Source of the DNA: Hyphococcus sp.
GTDB taxonomy: Bacteria > Pseudomonadota > Alphaproteobacteria > Caulobacterales > Parvularculaceae
Assembly (NCBI GenBank): GCA_021776295.1
Contig: JAJFGE010000012.1
Coordinates: 11,101 to 75,100, forward strand
DNA length: 64,000 bases
Direction: 5' to 3'
Shown: positions 1-12,315 of the stretch, one piece after another
Layout: every line of letters starts with the position of its first letter
Numbering within the stretch: the first letter of the stretch is position 1
The notes under the pieces: model-generated
Databases searched by the model: none
What the model was told of the DNA's origin: nothing
Seen by the model: the letters and a program-made list of their open reading frames with translations, nothing else
Made by a program: the position numbers and the translations under genes

Positions 1-5
1 AGCCA

Positions 6-34
6 TGATTCAATTTAACTCGGATTTGCTCTAG
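6..34. repeat. Right end of a palindromic intergenic repeat (CIR/RIME/BRU-RS-like), cut by the window edge
   Basis: tgattcaatttaactcggatttgctctag is identical over 29 bp to 10287-10315; contains a GANTC site. Confidence 0.8.
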
Positions 35-48
35 TGAGGACAGGACTT

Positions 49-909
49 ATGCCAGAGCTGCCTGAAGTTGAGACGGTGCGCCGCGGGCTGGCCCCGGTGA
101 TGGAAGGCGCCCGGTTCCGCCGGGTCGAGGCGCGCCGTCCGGATCTGCGGTATGCCCTGCCGAAGCGTTTTGCACAGCGCCTGGAGAGTAGAACGGTCGA
201 TAGTCTGGATCGGCGCGGCAAATATATGATTGCCGCGCTGTCGAGCGGCGAGAGCTTGATCATGCACCTTGGCATGTCCGGGCGGTTTACCATTGCGGCT
301 GGCGGCTCGAGGCGGCCTGGAGGCGTTGATCCGGCGCAGGGCGGAGATCCGAAACACGATCATGTGGTGTTTGAAATGGCCGGGCGAAGCGGCGCGCGCA
401 TCACCTATAATGATCCACGCCGGTTCGGATTTATGGATCTGGTTTCAACATCGGCAGTGGAAGAGTGCCGCCATTTCAAGGCGATGGGCCCTGAACCCTT
501 CGGCAACCAGTTTTCCACCGCCTATCTTAGCGCCGCTCTCAAAGGTAAAAAAACACCAATAAAAACGGCGCTGCTCGATCAGCGCGTAGTTGCCGGTCTG
601 GGCAATATCTATGTCTGTGAGGCGCTTTATAGGGCGCGCATTTCGCCGCGCCGGCGGGCGATGTCGGTTGCGGGCGTCCGCAGTGAGCGGCTTCACAGGG
701 CGATCCTGACTGTCCTAAACGACGCCATTGACGCTGGCGGAGCATCGTTAAAGGACTTTGCCAATGCCCAAGGCGAGCTTGGCTATTTTCAGCATCGCTT
801 TGACGTCTATGATCGCGAAGGCCAGTTTTGCCGCCATTGTGGCGGGACAATTCAGCGCCAGACACAGGCCGGCCGGTCGAGCTTTTTCTGCACCGGCTGC
901 CAGCGTTGA
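49..909 (+). CDS. mutM: Formamidopyrimidine-DNA glycosylase (Fpg)
   Basis: N-terminal MPELPEVETV, HLGMSG, GLGNIY (H2TH), C-terminal CxxC...CxxCQ zinc finger; ATG at 49 chosen over the ORF-track start at 34. Confidence 0.97.
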   Translation: MPELPEVETVRRGLAPVMEGARFRRVEARRPDLRYALPKRFAQRLESRTVDSLDRRGKYMIAALSSGESLIMHLGMSGRFTIAAGGSRRPGGVDPAQGGDPKHDHVVFEMAGRSGARITYNDPRRFGFMDLVSTSAVEECRHFKAMGPEPFGNQFSTAYLSAALKGKKTPIKTALLDQRVVAGLGNIYVCEALYRARISPRRRAMSVAGVRSERLHRAILTVLNDAIDAGGASLKDFANAQGELGYFQHRFDVYDREGQFCRHCGGTIQRQTQAGRSSFFCTGCQR

Positions 910-1027
910 TAAGACGGTCGAAAATAAGATTAAATAAGGCCTGCGGGCGTGTTGACGGCGGTATTTCGCACAGCTATATACCGCCGCTCGCGCCGCAACG
1001 GGCGGCAAAATATCGAGTGATTAAGGC

Positions 1028-1294
1028 ATGGCGAACACATCCTCCGCGAAGAAAATGGTGCGTAAAATCGAGCGCCGCACAGCCGTGAACAAGGCGCGTC
1101 GCTCACGCGTCAGAACGTATCTGCGCAAAGTGGAAGAGGCGATTGCATCCGGCGATAAGAGCGCGGCGGACGCAGCATTCAAACAAGCGCAGCCTGAACT
1201 CCATCGTGCGGTTACAAAAGGCGTGTTTGGCAAGCAAACTGTATCGCGAAAATTGTCGCGACTGTCGTCGCGCATCAAGTCGCTTTCCGCCTAA
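1028..1294 (+). CDS. rpsT: 30S ribosomal protein S20
   Basis: [30 protein letters not shown], typical S20; usual position upstream of dnaA in alphaproteobacteria. Confidence 0.97.
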   Translation: MANTSSAKKMVRKIERRTAVNKARRSRVRTYLRKVEEAIASGDKSAADAAFKQAQPELHRAVTKGVFGKQTVSRKLSRLSSRIKSLSA

Positions 1295-1513
1295 ACGCCT
1301 TTACAACATTATATTTTTTTGATGTTTATAGTTGCGTGCAGTGCAACAGTTTTTCTAATGTAAATTTCGTATACCGCAAACATGAAACGCACATGTTGCA
1401 TTACGCATTGTTTGCGCGTTTACTTGCTGGGTGCGTTGTGCGGCTTAAGGTTTTGTTTTTTCAGAGTTGCCCTAAAAAGTTTTAAAAAAAGCACGATGTT
1501 GGGCGAATCACTC

Positions 1514-1543
1514 TTGACCATACGCGTTAAAGTTAACTACACT
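1514..1543 (+). promoter_or_regulatory. Candidate sigma70-type promoter for dnaA
   Basis: TTGACC-N18-TACACT within the AT-rich rpsT-dnaA spacer. Confidence 0.35.
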
Positions 1544-1915
1544 ATAAATATCAATATGACGGATGCGGACGAATTTCGCACCTTCAAGTTCAGTCACTTT
1601 CAAGTTCTGTAATGGTAGGCGTTCCAACTCGATTGCCGGCAAATTGTCGGGCAAGCGGCGAGATAAATATTTGCCTAGGGCAGGGGAATAGGGGTTATTC
1701 AGGATGATCAACGACAGTTTTACGAAATTACTATTTATACAGACTATTGTCGTTGATGCTGAGCGCCGCCTAGTCTAGGTTTGTTTCTGTATTGCTTGGC
1801 GCTTTAGCGCCAAATTAGATCAAAACTTTTAGAAGACGATATGTGCGCAGGGTAATATGCGCAGACGGCTATCTTTTGCCAAAAATTATCTAATCAAGAA
1901 TTTGGGCGGTATAAA

Positions 1916-3352
1916 ATGACGACAGAAGATTACGGAACCGGTTCGGAAAAGGCGGCGTTTGGCCGGTATTTGGAAGCTCTGCGCGGCCGGGTCGGGGAGG
2001 CAAAATTTCGCTCATGGTTTGGCGACCTTGGCCTTGCGGATATATCGGCGCAAAGCGTAACTCTTTCGACCGGGTCTGAAACCAAACGCGATATACTCGA
2101 CCATCGGTTCCTGCCGGTGCTTGTCGATACATGGCGCAAGGAGGTCGGACCGGTTAGCCGCTTGCGTCTGACCGTGCGCAAATCGTTGAGCGCCCATGCA
2201 GCGAAGGTCTCCGCACAAAAAAATCTGCGCACGGATACGAAAAGCCACGCAAGTTCAGTTTTTTCAAATGGCATGATTGCGCCGGCGCGCAAGCCTGGCG
2301 CCGCTAGTGGAAATTTCGAAAACGTCGCCGCGCCGCTGGATCCACGCCGCACCTTCGATACGTTCGCAGTCGGCGATTCCAACCGAATGGCCTTTGCCGC
2401 CGCCCGCCAGGCGCTAACTGTGCGCGGGCCTCGGGAGCTTGTCTATATTTATGGCGACAGCGGTTCGGGCAAAACCCATGCGCTTCATGCGGTATGCCAT
2501 GAATGGAGTAAGGACAATGCGCGCGGGGATTGTGCTTACATTACCTACCGCAATCTCATCAACAATTGCGTCGCCGCCGTTTTGTCCAATTCAACACAGG
2601 CCCTGCACGCTGCGTTCCTGGAGAGGGATCTGCTTGCGTTTGACGATATCCATTTCCTTGATGGGAAAGACCGAACACAAGAGGAGTTATTAATAGTGAT
2701 TGATGCAGCGCTCGACAGCGGCAAACAAGTTGTCATCGTAGGCGATTTGCCGCCCGCAAAATTAGCTGAAAAAGGTATTAACAAACGTCTCGCCGACAGA
2801 CTCGCGGGCGGACTGTGCGCGCCGATTTACCCGGCCGATGATGCGCTTCGCCTTGATATTTTGAAAAATCGGATGTGCGCTGCCGCCGCCAAATGTTTGA
2901 TTGGCGCAGATGTCCTGGAATATATCGCCCGCAACTTCACCCATTCGACCCGCGAGACCATCGGCGCGCTCAATCAGCTGTTGTTGATGTTTGGCGAGGA
3001 AGAAAGAACGGTCGGCCTTGATGAGGCCAAGGTGATATTGCGCTCACGTCTTGAGGACCGGCGCAAAGTAGTGACGCTCGACGACGCTATCGCCGCTGCT
3101 GCGGAAGCCTTTGGCCTCAAGCTTGAGGATATGACCTGCCGCTCACAGCCTCAGCGGATTGTCCGTGCCCGCCATGCGATGGTCTGGTGCGCCCGGGAAA
3201 TCCTCAAAGAATCCTTCCCCCGGATCGGCAAATCCCTGAAACGCGACCATACCACGGTGATGTCCAGCTACCGCCGCGCGCAGGCTTTGTTGGAGCGCGA
3301 CAAGGCGTTCCAGGACGGTGTCCGGCGGATTCGTGAGGCGCTCGAAGACTAA
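1916..3352 (+). CDS. dnaA: Chromosomal replication initiator DnaA (strongly diverged)
   Basis: Walker A GDSGSGKT, Walker B LLAFDDIHF, GKDRTQEE, domain IV RDHTTV; synteny rpsT-dnaA-dnaN. Confidence 0.88.
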   Translation: MTTEDYGTGSEKAAFGRYLEALRGRVGEAKFRSWFGDLGLADISAQSVTLSTGSETKRDILDHRFLPVLVDTWRKEVGPVSRLRLTVRKSLSAHAAKVSAQKNLRTDTKSHASSVFSNGMIAPARKPGAASGNFENVAAPLDPRRTFDTFAVGDSNRMAFAAARQALTVRGPRELVYIYGDSGSGKTHALHAVCHEWSKDNARGDCAYITYRNLINNCVAAVLSNSTQALHAAFLERDLLAFDDIHFLDGKDRTQEELLIVIDAALDSGKQVVIVGDLPPAKLAEKGINKRLADRLAGGLCAPIYPADDALRLDILKNRMCAAAAKCLIGADVLEYIARNFTHSTRETIGALNQLLLMFGEEERTVGLDEAKVILRSRLEDRRKVVTLDDAIAAAAEAFGLKLEDMTCRSQPQRIVRARHAMVWCAREILKESFPRIGKSLKRDHTTVMSSYRRAQALLERDKAFQDGVRRIREALED

Positions 3353-3393
3353 AAAAGAGGCCTTTAAAAACCCTCCTGAAAACAGCCTATTAA

Positions 3394-3437
3394 AGCTGAG
3401 CGCCGACGCCGGAAATCTGCGTCGGCGCTAGCTTTTT
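3394..3437 (+). terminator. Intrinsic terminator between dnaA and dnaN
   Basis: agcgccgacgc/gcgtcggcgct stem followed by agcttttt. Confidence 0.7.
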
Positions 3438-3566
3438 GAGGCGCCCTTCGGCTATAATAAGGCGGATTTCAGAGGCGGCGATTCTCCTCCTTTGGCGACG
3501 TCAAAATAGCGGCGTCGACTGAGGGTCCAGATAGGTTTCGCCAGCGATTGCGAGAGAGCATTTTGC

Positions 3567-4685
3567 ATGAAAGTTACGATTGAACGGTCCGCCCTGTCGA
3601 AGGCGCTTGGCCATGTGCAGAGCGTTGTCGAACGCCGGAACACCATTCCGATTTTGTCCAATGTGCTGCTTCAGGCCGATGGCGGGGCGCTGACATTGAC
3701 GGCGACGGATCTCGATATTGAGGTGTCCGAAGAGGCGCCGGCTGATGTTGCCGACGCCGGGGCGACAACGGTTTCGGCGCTAACATTGTTTGAGATCGTC
3801 AAGCGGCTGCCAGATGGCGCGCAGGTGCGCCTTGAGCTTTCAGCGGAAGAAGGCCGGCTTCAGGTCTCAGCGGGGCGCTCGCAATTTGCGCTTGCGGTTT
3901 TGCCGGCGGATGATTTTCCAAGCCTCACCACTGACGATCTCGACACCAGGTTTTCAATCCCCACGACTGATCTCGGCCGGCTGCTTCACAAAACCCGGTT
4001 CGCCATGTCTCAGGAAGAAACGCGTTACTATCTGAACGGCGTTTATTTCCACGCCTATACCGACGGCGATGCGCCGTTGCTGCGTGCTGCAGCGACTGAC
4101 GGGCATCGGCTTGCGCGCCTTGATGCGCCTTTGCCGGACGGCGCCGCTTCGATGCCTGGCGTCATTGTTCCCCGCAAGGCGATTGCCGAGCTGTCGCGTT
4201 TGTTGGAGGACGCGGACGAAAATGTCGAGATTGCCGTCTCGCCGGCGAAAATCCGTTTCGGTTTCGGCCCCGGGCGTCTCACCTCGAAGTTGATTGACGG
4301 CTCGTTCCCGGATTATGAGCGGGTCATTCCGAAAGATAATAACAACGTCTTACATGTGGAGACCAAAGACTTCGCGCAAGCCGTTGACCGTGTTTCCACG
4401 GTATCGTCAGACCGCACGCGTTCAGTGAAGCTGGCGCTGGAGGCCGATAATCTTCGCCTTACCGTCAACAATCCGGAGGCGGGCTCAGCGCTGGAGGAGC
4501 TTTCGGTCGATTATGGCGGCGACGCCATCGAAATTGGATTTAACGCACGCTACCTCCTCGATGTCGCCCAGCAGGTTGACGGTGAGACGGCGACCTTCCG
4601 GCTTGCCGATCCGTCATCGCCGACCGTGATTGTTGATGAGGAAGACACGCGCGCGCTCTATGTTTTGATGCCCCTTAGAGTTTAG
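3567..4685 (+). CDS. dnaN: DNA polymerase III beta sliding clamp
   Basis: VERRNTIPILSNV, ATDGHRL, IGFNARYL, C-terminal LMPLRV. Confidence 0.98.
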   Translation: MKVTIERSALSKALGHVQSVVERRNTIPILSNVLLQADGGALTLTATDLDIEVSEEAPADVADAGATTVSALTLFEIVKRLPDGAQVRLELSAEEGRLQVSAGRSQFALAVLPADDFPSLTTDDLDTRFSIPTTDLGRLLHKTRFAMSQEETRYYLNGVYFHAYTDGDAPLLRAAATDGHRLARLDAPLPDGAASMPGVIVPRKAIAELSRLLEDADENVEIAVSPAKIRFGFGPGRLTSKLIDGSFPDYERVIPKDNNNVLHVETKDFAQAVDRVSTVSSDRTRSVKLALEADNLRLTVNNPEAGSALEELSVDYGGDAIEIGFNARYLLDVAQQVDGETATFRLADPSSPTVIVDEEDTRALYVLMPLRV

Positions 4686-4694
4686 ATTGAGAGT

Positions 4695-8320
<3,626 letters not shown>

Positions 8321-8325
8321 ACGGT

Positions 8326-9378
8326 TCAGCCGTCTTCCATCGCCTTTAAGAGCGCGCCGACCTCATCGTCGTCCGGTGCTGCATTGTCATTTGCTGGCGG
8401 CGTGGCATCTTCCAGGCCATATCGGCTGACATCAAAACCTTCGGCCGCCAAGAGCGCCGGCACGGAATAATCGCCGCCGACTAGATGTCCGGCGCCGACG
8501 GCGATAAACCCATTGCCGCCGCCGTCTTTCATGACGTGGGCAATCTCCGCCGCCCAGGCTTTGTTGCGTTCAACGATCAGTCGCTGGAACACTTCCGGCA
8601 CCTTTTGGTGCATTGAGGTGTTCATCTCCTCGTCAATAAAATCGGCGTCGCCGGTGCGCCAGGCGATAAATAGCCTGTCAAAGGCTGCAACTTCTTCGTC
8701 CCAATCATTGATTGTCAGGACCAGAAGCGCCTTTTCGGTTTCAGGCCCTAACCCGGTAAACAGTTCCAGCTGTTGTCCAAGCGTTTCAAAAAACCGAACC
8801 TCCTTACCGAGCGTGCGCGCTTCGGCGAGGAGGACGTTATCAACGCCGGATCCGGGGGCAAACCCTTGTTGCACAATAAGTTGCACGCTCAGCGTTAAAA
8901 ATGCCTGCCATGGGCGCATGGGATTGATCGCGGCAAAGTTTAACTTCAACGATTTGGAAATTTCTTGCAGCTTCCGCGCATCATCTGGCTCAAGCATGTC
9001 GGAAAGGAGCGTGCCCGGCGGGTTAAACCCTTGCGTCATCATTATACGCACTGTCGTTGTCTGTGCGCCTGGCGCATCGGCCTCAATTTCAAAATACACC
9101 ACATCGGCACGCCGAAAAGCGTCATTAAGCGCCGCTCCACGCCATTGCAGTTCAGGCGGAAGAATATGAAACGTTCCCAAAAGGATGAATTCAGAATCCG
9201 CATCCGTGACGCGCCACATTGCCGGCGCTGCCTGGCTTGGAGATTGTTCGCTTGCCTCGACAGGCTGTGCAAAGTTTTTCGGCTGTGCAACTACTGGCGG
9301 AATGTACAAGCTGAGGCTGATAGAAAACATAGCCATGGCAGCCATATTCGCTCTTATACGGAGTATCGGATTAAGCAT
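8326..9378 (-). CDS. TraB/GumN family secreted protein
   Basis: Signal-like N-terminus, LLGTFHIL, GVD, ERNKAW, VGAGHLVG motifs. Confidence 0.85.
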   Translation of the reverse strand: MLNPILRIRANMAAMAMFSISLSLYIPPVVAQPKNFAQPVEASEQSPSQAAPAMWRVTDADSEFILLGTFHILPPELQWRGAALNDAFRRADVVYFEIEADAPGAQTTTVRIMMTQGFNPPGTLLSDMLEPDDARKLQEISKSLKLNFAAINPMRPWQAFLTLSVQLIVQQGFAPGSGVDNVLLAEARTLGKEVRFFETLGQQLELFTGLGPETEKALLVLTINDWDEEVAAFDRLFIAWRTGDADFIDEEMNTSMHQKVPEVFQRLIVERNKAWAAEIAHVMKDGGGNGFIAVGAGHLVGGDYSVPALLAAEGFDVSRYGLEDATPPANDNAAPDDDEVGALLKAMEDG

Positions 9379-9762
9379 GGGTTTCCTTGAGGGCGGTTCG
9401 AGTTGAGCTGTAGTCCTTGTGGCGGCGCATATTTATCACATCGCGGCGAATCTTGTCCAATTTCGCAATCGAATAAGGCAGATACTGTAACCGGAACTAT
9501 GGGCGGACATTGTGGCGTAAGATGGGTTTATGCATACGGTGACAAAGTTGTAACAAAACAAGCAGTGCTGAGCGCCTCAACCGAGACAGCCATGTCGAAA
9601 TGCTGCCTGTCCGGGGTTAGCCGGGAGGAAATCAGTATCGTATCGCCAACATGGCGCGAGGGCAGATTTCAGGATATTCCTTTTTAAAATATTGGGGAAT
9701 TTGCTTGAAGATTTTGGCTGGCAAGGTGATAACCGCCGGCAAATGATCGTCGAAAGCCCCAA

Positions 9763-9839
9763 GGTCCCGTAGCTCAGCTGGATAGAGCGCACGCCTCCGA
9801 AGCGTGAGGTCACAGGTTCGAATCCTGTCGGGACCGCCA
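9763..9839 (+). tRNA. tRNA-Arg (anticodon CCG)
   Basis: 77-nt cloverleaf: GGTCCCG/CGGGACC acceptor stem, GCTC/GAGC D stem, CACGC-CTCCGAA-GCGTG anticodon arm, GTTCGAATC T loop, encoded CCA. Confidence 0.97.
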
Positions 9840-10203
9840 TCATTTGCCTCGCGGCGAATTGCTTTGCAATCGCCTCCGGCGGGGCGGCCTGACCGGCCGA
9901 CGTGCAGTCGCACGTTATAAGCAAATGGTTCGATGTTTGTTCGTCCAGCTCCGCCATTATTTGTCTCGCGGCGCGAAGATGCGTCTCCGACGGGGCGCTC
10001 TGACCGAGCCAAGCGCAGTCGCGCTTTTGGGTGGTCGGGTTCGAAGGTTCTCCTACCGTCCCCGCCATATTCATATCTCGCGGTAGATCGCTTCGCGATC
10101 ACCTCCGCCCCCATTTGAAGAGGGGGGCGGCGGCCTGGCCGGCCGGCGCACAGTCGTGCTTGTGAGCGATTTGCATTCGAAGGCTCTTTCGCCGTCTCTG
10201 CCA
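9840..10203 (+). repeat. Tandem array of three degenerate, structured tRNA-like units (9840-9956, 9957-10067, 10068-10203)
   Basis: Each unit has CTCGCGG-hairpin-CTCCG, a TGRCC-loop hairpin, an AGTC-loop hairpin and TTCGA, and ends CYGCCA; stems differ in sequence but keep pairing. Confidence 0.8.
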
Positions 10204-10211
10204 CAGTCTAC

Positions 10212-10315
10212 CTAGAGCATTTCCGGATAAGTGTGACGCGGTTATCCGATAGAAATGCGGCAAACAAAGAATCTAGAGCAAATCCGTGATTCAATTTAAC
10301 TCGGATTTGCTCTAG
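10212..10315. repeat. ~104-bp palindromic intergenic repeat (CIR/RIME/BRU-RS-like)
   Basis: CTAGAGCA...TGCTCTAG ends; internal hairpins gcatttc..cggataa/ttatccg..gaaatgc and ctagagcaaatccg/cggatttgctctag; GANTC at 10269 and 10288. Confidence 0.8.
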
Positions 10316-10405
10316 CGGCGCCTCCTCCGACAGGGCGACTTTCTTTTTCTGCGGGATCGGTTATCACGGCTTTGCTGCGGCGTGGCACGGTTTGGAGTGG
10401 TTGGC

Positions 10406-11371
10406 ATGCGAATTGGAACAAGATCAAGTGCAATGGCGCTGGCGCAGACGCGCGGTATTGCTGCGCAATTGAGCGCGGCGCGCGCTGGCCTAGAGGCGGA
10501 AATCGTGCGCTTTGCGCCGCGCGGTGATCGCGATCAGGTGTCGAAGCTTGCGCGGCATGGCGGCAAAGGCGGGGCTTTTGTCGGGGAAATTCGCGACGCA
10601 CTGCGCGATGGCTCGCTCGATGCGGCGATGCATTCTTTGAAGGACATGCCCGGCGATGAAGAAACGCCCGGACTGGTGATCGCCGCTTATCTTAAGCGCG
10701 AGCCGTTTGAGGATGCTCTGGTTTTGCGCGAGGATCATCGCCCGGATGATTTTATCCGCACAAAAGCGTCGGGCATGAAAATCGGCACCAACTCCGTGCG
10801 CCGGGCGGCTTATCTTCGCCGGCTTTATCCGCTGGCGGAAATTATTCACTATCGCGGCGCCGCCGACACCCGCATTCGAAAGCTTGATGAACGCGCGATG
10901 CAAAAGCTTCCCGCTGGCGGTGAGACCGGCCCAGCCGACGCGCTAGTGATGGCTAAATGCGGGTTGGAACGGGTTGGTTTTGCCGATCGCATCGCCCATG
11001 TCTTCTCAGCCGATGAAATGCTGTGCGCCGTCGGACAGGGCATTGTCGCGGTTGAGTGTCGCCGCGACGACTGGAAAACGCGCGAACAACTCGCATTGAT
11101 CGACGATAGGGATGCGCGCCGCGTCGCCTGGTCGGAGCGGGAATTGCTCTGGGTGCTGAACGGGCATTGCAATGCGCCAATCGCCGGGCTTGCGACACTT
11201 AACGGCGACCGATTGGTGCTGCGTGCAGCGGTGATGAGTGAAGACGGCCAGGAGATAATGGAATATCAGGGCGAAGGCGAAGCGGACCGTCCGCGTGAAC
11301 TTGGCCGCGCCGCGGGGCTGGAGCTGCTGGGCATGGGCGCTGGAAAAATTATTGAAGCCTCACGGCTTTAA
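10406..11371 (+). CDS. hemC: Hydroxymethylbilane synthase (porphobilinogen deaminase), divergent
   Basis: RIGTRSSAMALAQ, HSLKDMP, GTNSVRR, cofactor-attachment Cys in LNGHCNAPI; GGAG upstream of ATG 10406. Confidence 0.85.
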   Translation: MRIGTRSSAMALAQTRGIAAQLSAARAGLEAEIVRFAPRGDRDQVSKLARHGGKGGAFVGEIRDALRDGSLDAAMHSLKDMPGDEETPGLVIAAYLKREPFEDALVLREDHRPDDFIRTKASGMKIGTNSVRRAAYLRRLYPLAEIIHYRGAADTRIRKLDERAMQKLPAGGETGPADALVMAKCGLERVGFADRIAHVFSADEMLCAVGQGIVAVECRRDDWKTREQLALIDDRDARRVAWSERELLWVLNGHCNAPIAGLATLNGDRLVLRAAVMSEDGQEIMEYQGEGEADRPRELGRAAGLELLGMGAGKIIEASRL

Positions 11372-11387
11372 GGCGCCGGGTGAGCAC

Positions 11388-12272
11388 TCAAGGCGCAGTG
11401 AGTTTTCCGCGGCCCTCATTGATTATTGTATTGCCCGTAAGCTCAGGCGCTATCGGCGCGGCGTTTCGGAGCAATACGCCGTTTGGGTGACGATTGATGA
11501 TGTGATTATTGATGACAACCAATCCGGTCGCTTCGCCGCCGCGGCTAAGGTCGTAATTTATAATCGCAGCATTATCGCCATCAGCTGCCTGTATGATCGC
11601 GTTGTCGCGGATGGTTACGTCGCCGCCTTTTGAGACATCGACGGCGTAGCTTGAACGCCCCTCCGCGTCATCAAGGATGGAAAGCCGGATATCGGTTCGC
11701 TCTGCCAGCGACTTTACGTGATGGCCGATTTTTGTACCGGAAAATTTGCTTGCGAAAGCTTCAAGCACGGCGCCACTGGAGACATAGATGCCATGGGAAT
11801 AACCGTCGCCATAGCCATTATCGATGAAGCTTGAACCATAAATAGCGATGCGCCCGGTTGCGGCGCCGGTGGCGAGGATGCCGTTTTCATTATCTTCAAA
11901 TGTGCTGCCGATGACGGTGAGATGCTTCCCTTCATGACGAATGCCGGCGCCATTGTGATCGGGCGAGCGTGCGCCCTTGAAGGTGATGTTTTCAACCCGC
12001 AGGGAAACGCCTTGCATTGAATTGAGGAGGCCTTTTTCAACCGGGGCTGACGCGTATAAAACAACCTCACCCGCGCCGATAATTGTCAAGTTCCGGCGGA
12101 TTTTTATCTCGCCGATATCGTAACGCCCTGCAGCGATAGTCACGATGTCGCCGTCGCGCGCATTGGCAATCGCGTGCTTCACGCCTTGCGCATTGGCGGC
12201 GGGGCTGGCCGAAGTATCAGACGGCGCGCAGGCTGTCATCGCGAAGAGAAGGAAAATAAAAATCCGCATCAT
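11388..12272 (-). CDS. Lipoprotein with right-handed parallel beta-helix repeats (pectin-lyase-like fold)
   Basis: Lipobox-like FAMTAC; NGAGIR, NENGIL, SHGIY, GHHVKS repeats. Confidence 0.65.
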   Translation of the reverse strand: MMRIFIFLLFAMTACAPSDTSASPAANAQGVKHAIANARDGDIVTIAAGRYDIGEIKIRRNLTIIGAGEVVLYASAPVEKGLLNSMQGVSLRVENITFKGARSPDHNGAGIRHEGKHLTVIGSTFEDNENGILATGAATGRIAIYGSSFIDNGYGDGYSHGIYVSSGAVLEAFASKFSGTKIGHHVKSLAERTDIRLSILDDAEGRSSYAVDVSKGGDVTIRDNAIIQAADGDNAAIINYDLSRGGEATGLVVINNHIINRHPNGVLLRNAAPIAPELTGNTIINEGRGKLTAP

Positions 12273-12315
12273 CAGCTGATTATAACGCCCGATGTTTTTT
12301 ATTTTCCTAATGACC

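Noticed and set aside
1295-1915. oriC call for the rpsT-dnaA spacer
   Set aside because: No DnaA-box cluster or full CtrA box seen; alphaproteobacterial origins usually lie elsewhere. Kept only as a low-level finding
9763-9839. Prophage/ICE attachment site at tRNA-Arg
   Set aside because: No integrase nearby, and I saw no distant exact duplicate of the tRNA 3' end in the window
9840-10203. CRISPR array interpretation of the tandem units
   Set aside because: No identical 23-47 bp repeats with unique spacers and no cas genes; conservation is structural and spread over the whole unit
9840-10203. Genuine additional tRNA genes
   Set aside because: The would-be anticodon loop is only 4 nt (AGTC), the D loop lacks GG, and the T-loop-to-CCA distance is 5 nt too long
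9577-10204. ORFs of 165, 190, 80 and 61 aa across the tRNA region
   Set aside because: They overlap a clear tRNA and/or the structured repeats and show no protein motifs
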